64,000 nt of DNA from Laetmonice hystrix (taxonomy: Eukaryota): positions 53,322,001-53,386,000 of the forward strand of contig OZ249436.1 in the NCBI GenBank assembly GCA_965235115.1, given 5' to 3'. A program made the translations under genes and the position numbers. Below, in pieces: positions 25,301 to 37,400 of this stretch (within the stretch, counting starts at the first letter, position 1; every line of letters starts with the position of its first letter). The notes beneath the pieces are model-generated. The model worked only from the letters and a program-made list of their open reading frames with translations, searched no databases and had not been told where the DNA came from.

Positions 25301-27812
25301 GTGATGGCCCAAATGGTTACACGTATGGCCTAGGCTACGTCGCTCCATATGCACTGTTCATCTAGTCCTGTCGGCCAGTCGGAATCAATTATATTTTTGT
25401 CGGCGACGTCGGAAACTGCACGCTTTTTCTATCGTGAAAAAGCGACACCAACATTCTGGATGGCCAGGATAATCCAGAAATATAGCTAATGTAACGGACT
25501 ATATAGGCAGTTCATTTATTTCCCCGATCCCCTCATAGATCTACAGATATAGCGGCCTGAAATTGAATTGTTAGAAGTAGTAATACAAAATCATTTAATA
25601 TATTATTAATTGGAATTTTGTCTTTATCACTGAAAATGATACAGGGGGTTGCAAAATTAAACAACCGTGCAATATTGCTGTACCCTAAAAGATCACGTGC
25701 ATTGAATATTTCAAAAGTTAGTTAAGGGCATTATATTTTATATTCCCAAGTAACCAAGTGTTCCTTAAGGGGAACTATATCTTTCCGTAATGTTATTTCT
25801 GCCTACCATTGCAATGTCCAGGAGAGAAGATTCTTCATGTCTTTCTCTTATCCGGACAGTGTCATATGGCATGCAATTATACCAAAATGTTGATGGTCCT
25901 ATAGCTAACAATTGGAACAAAATCCTTCTATATATGTTTGCCCATTATGTGCCAGCGTCGACGACTTCTACCAGGACTCATTCAGGAAACATTTCCGAGT
26001 GCATGTGTCACACGATGGGCACGTACTCTGGTCGTTTGGTGGTATTTTCGCCACAACTTGCGAGTTGGACCTCACCTTTTTCCCATTCGACCGGCAAATG
26101 TGTTCTATCACAGTCGAGAACTGGGCCTACAACGCTGAAGAGGTGTCGCTTATCAATGCATCAGCTTATGTTCACTTGGATGACTTTCATACGAATGGTG
26201 AATGGGAACTGGAACACACAGCGGTGCAAACGGTAAGACTTCAGCATTTTCTGACGATCTGCCGACCGAAAGGTTGTAAATGGTGTTCAACTTGAAAGAA
26301 ATGTATGCAGTTATGGTACTTTAATTTGCACCCAAAAAAAGAAGAAATTTAAATGGTACCAGTCAGTATAGAGGTACCTAGCTATAGCAGGTCTCGAGTA
26401 ATGGGGTAGGCTATATACTCAGGAGGAAATCTGTTATGGGCGCAAACTTTTAACTATTTCTTTTTATCGATTTCTATTTTTTAGGCGCCGCATTCTTTTG
26501 CCAGCCTTGTAGTTCAATATTAAGCGAGTTGGCGCTCAAAATGTGCACGTCAAAAGTCAATGCCTGCAACTTGTGTAACCATGACTTTATTGAACCACAT
26601 TTATAATATTTCCAGTCGGACATCTACCACGACATATTTCCTGATAAACCTTTCCCAAGGCTCGACTTCCAGCTATTTATGCAACGGAAGCCTGGCTACT
26701 ACGGTCTGAACATCATCGCTCCTTGTCTCTTCATTATCTGCATGTCGCTGGTCATGTTTTGGCTGCCAGCCGAGTCGGGGGAGAAAGTTTCCCTGGGTAT
26801 CACTGTACTCCTGGCGTTTTCTGTCTTTCAACTCGTCATCGCGGATGGATCGCCAAAGACTTCTGATTTTTACCCAATCCTGAGTGAGTTCCAGTTTTAT
26901 ATTGCCATATTCATAAAGAGAATCTATGGGCCGATTATGTAGAGCTATAGGACACGTTGCACTAACCCATTATATACAGGCGCGTGTCCAGGGGGGGGGG
27001 GGGTCTAGACCCCCCTTCTCCCCCAGAGCCTATAGATGTTCTCTCTCTTAGATTCAACAGAATAACGTCGTACGAGCAAGTGCGAAGTATTCCCGCCGTT
27101 TTGAACCCGTTGATCGATGAATCCGTGCACAAAATATAACGCCTCAAATATAATGCCCTAAAATGGATCCTAAATGGCGGGAAATCGCGTCTCAGAGCTT
27201 CTAACTTTTAAAGATCGATGATGTTGTTATTTAGAATTAAACGCCTATATACAGTAACGCCTTCACTAACTGTCCTTAGGTCTGTATGTGGCCTGCGTGA
27301 TGGGGTTGTCTGCTATCTCTACAATGACCGCCGTCATGGCATTGTACTTCCATCATCACCTGCCCAGTAGCACCGTGCCAAAATGCGTCAGTACATTCTT
27401 CTTCAAGTACGTGGCTACTCTGCTGTGTATGCATTCGGACGTACCAGATCAGAGGAACGGCGTGGGCCCTGAATCCGAGGACGACCAAAGTCCTCAAACG
27501 CAGCAGATGTCTCGCACGGACTTCTTGGAGGACTTGGAGGACGGCCCGATTGTTGCCGTAGACGACACAAGCAAGAAGGCGCTCCCTGGTGACGACGGTA
27601 TCTGTGCACTTGGAGATGACGTGAAGGAAGTGAACGCCCATTTGAGATTCATTACAGAATCAATAAAGAAACAAAACCGAGAGGAAAATATTATCGGAGA
27701 ATGGCAAGCCCTTTCGCGGGTCATCGACCGTATATTTTTCTATATATGTTTAATCATAATAATCATTGTTTGTGCAGTTATGTTATCCCAGCGAGACACG
27801 AAGAAGTACTGA
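22394..27812 (+). CDS. Cys-loop ligand-gated ion channel subunit, nicotinic acetylcholine receptor-like, non-alpha (no loop-C vicinal Cys), predicted cation-selective
   Basis: Exons: 22394-22463 (signal peptide MDMQPRWKWSWVLLSFAIAFQPG, GC donor), 22934-23073 (YNPRVRP), 23256-23300 (45 nt, DQENQIL), 24231-24340 or 24984-25093 (110 nt, W.DDYL.W.P...WLPD), 25956-26232 (Cys-loop CELDLTFFPFDRQMC), 26616-26883 (RKP-M1, ESGEK-M2), 27280-27812 (M3, loop, EWQALSRVIDR-M4). Splice phases are consistent throughout. Confidence 0.93.
24231..24340 (+). CDS. nAChR-like gene, alternative exon 4a (EWTDDYLKWVPEEFNGTSNIVVPPTSAWLPDFGIIN)
   Basis: ttatttacag acceptor, gtaact donor, 110 nt, phase 0 to 2, open frame with conserved LGIC motifs. 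Confidence 0.88.
24984..25093 (+). CDS. nAChR-like gene, alternative exon 4b (TWYDDYLNWKPENYNGTDTIVTTPSVVWLPDFGVKN)
   Basis: ttttgttctgtag acceptor, gtaggg donor, 110 nt, phase 0 to 2, paralogous to exon 4a. Confidence 0.88.
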
Positions 27813-30800
27813 CATATAAAAGTAGAGCTTAAAATGTCCACGTATACCGGGTTAGCACCCTACAGTACGTGATCCGGCTGCAGTTTTCAGACAATTCCAA
27901 GCAGGTGAAAAGCTGGTGGCCAATATGATTAAAACAGGGCTTGCATTTTTCCACTCCAAGTTATTAAAAGTATTCTATCTTTTAAATTCCGAATCGTTTA
28001 TAGGCAACCTTCAATTTCGTATATCCAAATACGGGCGGGCTAGACCCAATAATGTTCCTGGTCTTTAAAATCTGAAATATAATTTCAAAGTAGGGCCTAC
28101 AACTCAATACAACATAATTCAGTAGATCTTTGTGAAAAGACCGTTCGATGGATATATTGATATCGTCTATACGTGTTATTTCGATTTCAAACAGTAACTG
28201 TTGTGCAAGCACATTTTGTTCTTCGATCCAAATACTTACATTATTAATGTATCTTCGTCCGAGGGCTACAGTACGACGCTTTTTCTTGGTCTCTAAACGA
28301 TCGGCGCTTCTCATATAATTAGAGGTGAATGCAGGAACATTGATCACAATGTAAAATACTACTTTCACCTGTGTGGTAATGTAGACTAAATGTTATACTT
28401 TATGATGGTTGCCAGCCGGTCTGTGGTTGGAAACCTGACATCCGGATGGACCCAGTCACCTCGGCTCTTTTACATCAGCTTCACAAACGAACACATCGAT
28501 CACTAATCTTCATGACGACCGGGAAATCGTTTGATGTCAGATATATATTCTGCTCGGTAGGGTCACAATGAATGTATATACAATTAGAGATGCCATATTC
28601 AATAATACTGCTTTGCAAACATTGTCCGGTGTAGATCTGTGCCCTGAGCTTCCGATAAAAGTCTTGCACCAGGATTGATTGTATTTTGTATGTATTCTGC
28701 ACGACCGACCTTGTCGAGGGGGGTGCACACCTGTAGGTAGCCTAACCTATAGGCACTAGGCTAACAATGCATGGGGGATAAAAAAAAAGAGTCACTGTGC
28801 TCTGTTACTCCCCGTTGTTTTGACGGTTGTTTTGAATTGCTTCATTGTCATTGATCTCCCCTTTTATTTACCGCAGTTGAAGACTCCCATATAGTTGTCT
28901 ATTTTAAAACGATTCCGGGAAGTCACGTAATGACACAGGAACTAGATTTTTCTTCTAATGATGCACGCAATTTGCATGACGATAGAAATCTGACCTGGCG
29001 AACAGGCGGGGGGAATGCGATGAACGCCCTGCATGCAATAGATAACGACCTTTGCCGCTGATTTTAAATCTTGCAGGGGGCATAAGGACTTTAGGGAAAT
29101 GTACATAACCAAGTTCTCCTGGGTTGCAATTACTAAGATAGTTAAAATCGAAACCTATTGACGATACGCGCACGCAAACGGGCAAACTACCATCTGGGCG
29201 ATGAAAAGAATTAGGCCCCTGTGGGATTTTCGCATGCTCTACTAGGCTTCTCTTATGAGTAGGCCTAGTATGTAAAAATGGTGGTTGGTGGCGGGCACGC
29301 AGGAGGCCGATCGGCCATTGAGGTCAGGTCAATGAAATGCATATAGTACAGAAAGGTGCCTTGAAAAAATTTATTGGAAATTTATGGCGGTTTCATCTTA
29401 ACCCTGCATGAGAGACTTGAAAACGATGGACCGTGCATGCAATTATGGTAGATTCTTAGATCTGTGCAAGATAAAGTTAATGTTGACTGTTCTGACACTG
29501 ATAAGCCTATGATAATTGTTAACAGTAACTACAGGTTTAACAGTATCCAAATGGAAATATTGATAAAGATAGAAACAAGCATGGTAATGATGATAATAGG
29601 CCTAATAGGTCGCGGCAATGATCCCTAGTTTTCGTCCAAAACTGACACTTAACAAAATAAACGAAAAATGCTGCAGTGAAATGTGCCCATTCCATCTAAT
29701 GTTTCTTCTAACACATCTATGTTGTCCGCACTGCCCCCTGTGAAACCCCAAAAAAATCATGGCTTCGCGCCTTCGGCGCTCGCATGGGCGACACCCCTTT
29801 TCACAAATTCCTGGATCTGCCCTTGACTGCCCCCCCCCGAGTTCTGCTCTTGTCAATAGCGAATATCCCCCCCCCCCCGTGACCCAGGCTGGTTACGCCC
29901 CTGCATGCTTACTTAATTAGACTCTATACTTACTTACTTACCATGATGCAATATTTAATTTAGCACACTGTTGTAACTCAAAACATTTTCGCAAGAACAC
30001 CCGGTCGCATTATACGTTATTACTACACGTTGGCACTGGTAAATGTTACATTATGTCCTGATAAAAGTTTCGCTATTAAAGCATTAATATTATTATGTAG
30101 CCTACCGGGTCCAAGCCTTGCGACATTGGTTCGAATTACAGCAGGGCTATCCAAACGATGAAAAAGATTGAATAGATTATCAATGTGGATTACATTTGGC
30201 AAAAACGCGCTCCCGGGTTAGATCTACCCATGGTCACCTTCCCATTATAGGCTAGGGTTGTGGGCAGGTGAGTAGACCTAGATGTTAGCATCCTTCCACG
30301 CAGGTCGGATTGCGCTCCAAGTAATAGAGTGTAGGTCTAGAGTGAGGTCTTAGGTTTGGGGCATGACTTTGGCTGGTCTTCTGACATGTCTACCTTTAAA
30401 AAGAATTATGTCTCTTTTTTTTCTTTTTGTAATATGTCGGGCACTGGAGTTAGGCCTACCAAATTTGAAAACCCTCGACTAAAAACAACGAAATTTGGCT
30501 AAAACTCTAGCTATGCCTGCTATTATGAACCACTGGGAGACCAGCTGGAAATACCGTACTTATTTTTATATTTGAATTAAATCTTCTGACAGTTCCTTCT
30601 CAGAGAAAAGGCGTTTGCCTACATCTGGCCGTAGAACTATACCAAATTCAGTCCATCATAGCCCTCGAATAAGGGTAATACTTTTTCTTTGATTCTTTTT
30701 AGGCCTTTTAATAAAGGGTTGACAACCTCCTAGATTAGATACATGCTTTAAAGGGCACTTGGGTTACAATTTTGTTGATTCATTAGGACAGCCTAGGCCT

Positions 30801-31404
30801 ACCTTTAGAAGTTTGGTTAAGATTTATGAATTTCCTATTTAAAACGATTGTTGAAATTTAGGTGAAAATCGTAGATCTATAGCTAGACGAGGGCTTTGAC
30901 TATATAGCATAGATGCCATGCAGACTAGCCTATCCATGGTAGGGCGAATACTGCACAGGCTGTTGCCATAAAGTTCTTTGAAAACATTTTTGGTGACTTT
31001 AAGAGCATTTTCTTTCGACAAATAAATTTCTATAGATTTATTTTTTCGTGATCATTTGATAAGAATTTAGGATCCATCGGCATAGGAGGCGCACCCTTTA
31101 GTGGACTTTCTAGCCTGCAGGCTGCGCTCGAGCAGGCCTATGTGGCGCCATCTATAGAGAAAGAACAGAATCAAGATCAGAAAGACCGCTTACATCATTT
31201 CCTAGCTAATTTTACAGGATTCGTGGTCTTATCTTGCGCGAATTAGATCCTATCAGTGATTTTATATGAAGTAGTATTTTTCGTCGAGCTATAGGAAAAT
31301 ATACGGAATGAATAGCTATCTTTAAATTCGTGTTAATATTTGGTCCTTCATTAATGTTGTAGTAAGGGACACCGGCTCCATTTTCCTCAAATTTTGCTTG
31401 GTTC

Positions 31405-34400
31405 ATGATGGCCTCGGCTTTGGAGCAATACGTCAATAACGTGCGGACACTATCATCTCAAGGTACGACTAAATATAAAGAGCGCACACTTGTCGTCTGG
31501 CGCAATTGGTCTGCTTACCTTGATTCACCACCGGAGTACGTGTTCCTGCGGTGGTCTTCCACAGGGGCACACACTGAGACAGTACTGTCACGGACTCAGT
31601 GTCAGTGTAGTCTGTAGACTGAGTAGTCTCTACGGTCTCTACTCACTACTACTGACTGTCTTCTCTGACCTCCCCCCCCCCCTCTGCCAGAACGCATTGC
31701 CATTGCCATGCATCGGTGTGCTTCTTCCCCGTTGAAAGCCCTAGACTAGAGACAAGTAGAGACTTTGACTAGACTAACGTTAGAGTCACATCATGATCAC
31801 CCATGGCCATGAATGCATAGGTCCCAAGTTCCAAGATTTGAAATGCTGATCATGCGAGCGCCGAAGGCGCTAAGTCTCGAGCGGGGGGTCTGGGGGCTCT
31901 CCCCCTGAAACATTTGAAGATTAAAGTGCCAAATATGCGTTTTCCTGGCATCTGGGCCCCATTTCACTAAGCTGGCGATGTCGCCCGTCAAAATGTCGCC
32001 AACGTTAAAGCAATGGGGCACGTTGTTAGAACGGGCGACATATTACCTTATATGGGCCGGCTTAGTGAAACGGGGCCCTGGGAACAAAATCCAAGGTCTT
32101 AGAGTTAGCAGAAAATAACGTTTTTTTTTCATTAACAATTCGTTAAAAACTCAGTCTGCAAAAATAAGGGGGGGGGCAACAATGGTGTGCGTCCATTTCG
32201 GCCGCCTGCCGGTTCGGCCGCCCGTATGGTTAACATTAGGGTGTAGGGGCCTATATCGAAATCGGCCGCCGCTCGAAGTCGGCCGCGCGTAAATTACGGG
32301 CGGCCGTACCCGACCAGAAGAGTTAAGGTTAAGGTTAGGCCTAGGGTTAGTGATAGTTTAGTCCTGCGGGCGGCTCCGACGGCAGAGCCGGGGGGTGCTG
32401 CGTGCAAAGCCCGATCGTCTGTAGGTTATTACGGGCGGCCGATTTCGAGCGGCGGCCGATTGAGTGACCAGTAGCACCGCGGCAGTGACCCGCGGTGAAG
32501 CTGGTCACTACAATATACGGGCGGCCGAACTGGCAGGCGGCCGAAACGACTGGCGAGCGCAACAATCGCTATCTATCGGATGTGGCTAGATCTAGGCCAC
32601 TTGACAGGGCTGGTCCTAAGCGGTTGTCCGTTTGTCCGAGACAACCTAAATGTCCTCCGGACAACCGGAGCCTCCCATCACAGTTGTCCGCCGGACAACC
32701 CAACATTTCTTCTGACTGCAAAACACTGAGTGAGAAGCACTAGGCCCAGACACCGGTCAGTGGCAGAGGTACAAGAGAATGACACCGACAGTGATGATAG
32801 CACTGTTGGTCAGCCATTGGTCGACAATTCTCATCTAGGGCTGACGATTTTCAAACAAAAGAATGGTCAGTGGGGCCCGGCGGACAGCCAGGATGGGTGC
32901 TGGCTTAGCCAGTCACCCCCCAACCCCCACCCACCATGACCGTTTAACTGCTCTGCAAGCACTCGGTCAGTCGGCCCCCTGTGGTTTCACAGTTATAACA
33001 GGCTGTGATGACCAGTGTCCAGCTACCAGCCACCGCTACCGCCCGCCCACCTCTTCAGCCCTGCTGCTGACTTGTGATGCTCCCCTGGTCAGACTTCTTC
33101 AGTTGGCCAAGCCTAATTTAATTTTTTATTTTTTGTCCAAACAATTAAAGAACCATTAATATGACCTTGTCAGGGCGACGTCAGAACGTCTCAGTGAGTT
33201 CGTTTTGGTTCAAATAACATTGTTATTTCAAGAAAGTTTTGATAAATGCCTATGCCATACTCATAATGCTTAAAATCCCCCCCCCCCCCCCTTTACAAAA
33301 ATCCTGGATTCATGCCTGCCCTGTCAAAATGGTTAATGGTGCCGCTACAGGTAAAAGCTACTTATTCCAAGGTAATTTGGTGACTTGTGAATGATCAGGG
33401 CTGACAAAGGTTCAGCTGAAAAAATTAAGGGCGAACACTGTGATAGTGATCCTGAGGAATTTGAAAAGCCACTGACTTTGTTCATTAGTGAGTCTTATTA
33501 GCTGTCATTACTTATTAGTTGTCTTGTTGATGAAATAAAAGATAAATCGCTGGATCAATACAAGTGATGGGATTAATTGCACATAAATTTGCAGGACAAC
33601 CTATAATTTCTGCGGACAACCATGGTTCTAGAGGTAGGTTGTCCGGCGGACAACCAGAAAAAAATCCTTAAGTCCAGCCCTGCTTGATGTACTGGTTGAG
33701 CAAAGAAAGTGCCTGACGCAGGTATTTTGAGCTAATTTTACTAATTTACGTGTGATCAAGCCGCAGATTATCCTCAACCAACGACACAAAGTAGGAAGGA
33801 TGGGCCTAGCAGTAGGCCTGGGCGTTTTAGGCCTAGATTTATCATTCAGGTGGCTCCTATGGCTGTCCTCGCGGGTCAGCGGGTTTTGGTGCCAGTTTGC
33901 GGGTCTGACCCGCCAGATGCAGGTCACTTGGGGGGTCTGTGAATGCCAGTCGATATGGCCCATGGTCGATATGGCCCACTCGCAGTCGATATGGCCTCTG
34001 GGGGGTGTTTCACTAACGTTTACTTGTCCGACCATGACGAAAAATCGGAATGGCCACGGACAATGCCCGTGAGGTGTTTCACTAACGTTGTCCGTGCGTA
34101 TTCCGACCAAGTCGGACTGTCCGACGCTGCCATGCCGACATGACAATAGACAAAGAGCGACGTCACAATACCACGTCGAACAAACGTGCATTCCCCAAGC
34201 CTTGATCTACTTATATATTCTGGCAGTTTGTGACGTACAAAAGATGTTTTGAGACGTCTTCTCACTCGGCAATAGTTCTCACTGATTTTCATTGTGTGAT
34301 CTTCCGTTATTAGCCTGTATGATGCAGATTTTATATATTTAATAGATATAAAACCTGTCACTTTTCGGCTAAAGATACATTGCTAACGTTGTCCTGATCC

Positions 34401-37400
34401 AAGGTCAATATTTTCCTTCCGGGTCATATATTGAGGTTTGAGAAGACTACGTCACAATCTAAGTGGGTCAATCTGGCACAGCCACATGCTTGCAGAATAT
34501 CGGTTCACTTGTAAACAATCGATGTCTGTGAATGCTATAATTATCAGATACATTTAAAAAGGGTAGGAATACAAATATGAAAACCTTCACTACAGGAGGA
34601 GTGCACTTTCACATTAGTTAGGACGAAGGTATTTCTCAAATTGGCAGCCAAAGTTGATATGTCCAGAATCAAACAGTCGTTGATCTGCCATGTTTATTGG
34701 TCCGACCGCCGTGTAGGACAACTCCCGAGTTGTCCTAGAAAGTCGGACAGTCCGACCGGATCCGACTTGGTCGGACAGTTTAGTGAAACACTTTTTTAAA
34801 ACACAGACGGTCCGACTGGGTCCGTCGTCCGGTCGGACTGTCCGTCGCTGTTAGTGAAACACCCCCCTGGTCTGTATGGTCCACGGTCGATATGGCCCAT
34901 CCAGTGGGTTTAGATGGCCCATCTTTGATAAAACCTGAGATTTTGAACAATGGGTCCTAAACGATTGTTACATCACAATTTCCCATTCATTGGCTTAATG
35001 AGAAACAATATTTTCAAACGCATCAACCAGATTTTTGTCAGTTTTGACATAGATGTAGAAAATGAAAAGTAACAGCAGATCCAACTGAACTGAATGTTTA
35101 CATGTCATTGCTTTGTATTTGCAGGAAACTTCGCACAGTTATGTGAATTCATCAGTAAAAGCTCAGAGGTACTGGCCAAGAATGCAGGTCACCTGGACAA
35201 TGTACTCGGAACCTTTGACATGCAACAACATTCACTTGGAATCTTGGGAATTCTGTAAGTGTAGTCATTTAATATTGTCAATTCATTGTGGTAGAGAAAT
35301 GAACCTGCTTGAAGCCAAGTTGAAGGTTATATAAGTGATTATGAAGACAATTGAGGATCTGTGAATGAACAAATATTCATTCCTCCCCCCCCCCCCCCCC
35401 CCTCAGTAGGATATCAGGACATTTTATAGCTGGCCACTTTCATCCTTGTTACAGGGCCTGAAATACTTAAAACATTTTGATTCGCAATAATGACTGAGTT
35501 ATCTGGATTGTAGTGGCAGTAATAGGCAATATTTTGCAACTCATCTCTTAATTTGATTCGCAATAGCCAGATTTTGGCATTCAAATTTTTTATGATTGTT
35601 CTATCTCCACCCTGGGTAGTATATGTATTCAAATTCATGTGTCAGTAAAAAATTTACGTTTAAGTGAAATTTTATTTTGTTTCATTGCAGCTGTGTGAAG
35701 TATAGTTTACCAAATATCCCAGACTTTGAGACGTTATTTGTACAGACACAAGAGTTCATTAACAGCTGCAATGGAGAGCAGGTTCGATATGCCACCGACA
35801 GCTGTGAGTGTTTTCTAAGAACAGTGTTTAACTCTGTGGTGATGAATTACCCCTTGTCTGAAATTTTAATACATGTATACTGTAGTTGGTTTCATGTGAC
35901 ACCTATTAACATACACATGACCTCTGTTTACCAGATGCTGATTTGTGCCACAAATTCACACAGAATTTGGTTGAGAGAAAGCAGGTAAATGTTTTGATTT
36001 TCAACCAAAAAACATAACAAAAAACTATGTATTTCAATTTTGGACATGTCTGTTTTATAAATGCACGTGTTAATATTGTTTACATTTTTTCAGGCATTGA
36101 GAGGAATTGGTATCTTGGGTTGTGCCATCTCCAAGATCCAGCTTGTCCCATCTCAGCTCACATCAATACATGCTGATTTCTGTCAGTTGTGTCTGCTCTC
36201 CAAATGTATGAAACCAGCACTGAAATATTTAAACATAGATACAACGGATGTAAGTAAAGAGGTAAGCAACTAGCACAGGGTTCTAGAAAGAAATGTCAGC
36301 ATGGGGTAACAAGCTGAAACGCCCATCCGGGCAGAGCCCGTGCGGGGGGGGGGGGGGGGGGGGCGGGGGGGTGCAGTGCAGGAGTGGATTCCCCTCCTGC
36401 GGGGGGGGGGGGGGGGATTGTGTCTTGGGAGCAAAAAGGGGCACTGACTTGGATTGTTTTTACGTGTCCTGATGTTGCAGGGAGAACACTTGCTTTGGTA
36501 ACTTGTAAATAGACTAAGAAAGGGCAACCATCAGTCCAAGAGTGGATGGCCTCAAGATTCTACATAACCAATAGAGAAAGGTTGTGGGGTGATAAGATGC
36601 TATTCTCAATGTGTGGGAGATTTACAGTAATATAGATTCGTGAAAGAAGTGGCAGATTTCCATAAAAAAGGGGAAAAATTGATTCTATTTTTCAGGGTGG
36701 TCAATATGATGCCAAACACTTCCTGTTGTTCTATTATTATGGAGGGATGATCTATACAGCTCTGAAAACTTATGACAGAGCTCTTTACTTCTATGAGGTG
36801 GTGAGTACATCTTATATATCTGACCCATCTCCATTTTTTTGTTTTAACAGTAATAGCTAACATATTCCTATTCGTTTTAATTGATAGCTGAGTGGTAAAT
36901 GATAGGAAATTGGATCATTACTTTCCCACTTGATCATACCTAAAAATATCAAATATTTCTCATTCAATTTATAGGGCTGCCCCTTGTATTATATTGCATT
37001 TGATGTTTTGGTGGTCTGATTTTTAAAAGTACAGGTTATGTACACAAAAATGTCTCACTTATGGCTCTCATATTTATAAACATGGGTAAGACCATCATCT
37101 TGGTAAGATAGCCACAATTTTTCCTCCTAAATCTACCCTTGCTACAGGTCAGTTCGAGGAGGAACTACTGACTCAATTGGAAATATTCTAGTTATCTGAT
37201 CGACATTCACACTGTTTCTATGGCAGTGATTGAGTCACTTCAGTCGTAATGACATAAAACAAACAACACGATTGTTTTAATTTTTCTTATGATAAGCTCG
37301 TTTTCTGCCCCAACATGGCGAGGCAATGTGATGGCATATGTGCTTGAATTGAGAAACCCAGTGGTCAGTATGGGAACTTAATTTGTTCTGGTCTTTATCT

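Noticed and set aside
25790..26236. 148-aa and 66-aa ORFs overlapping nAChR exon 5
   Set aside because: They are alternative frames of the Cys-loop exon, with no independent support.
36343..36417. Long poly-G tracts as a functional G-quadruplex element
   Set aside because: Similar G/C runs are scattered through the window inside MITE debris; there is no evidence of function.
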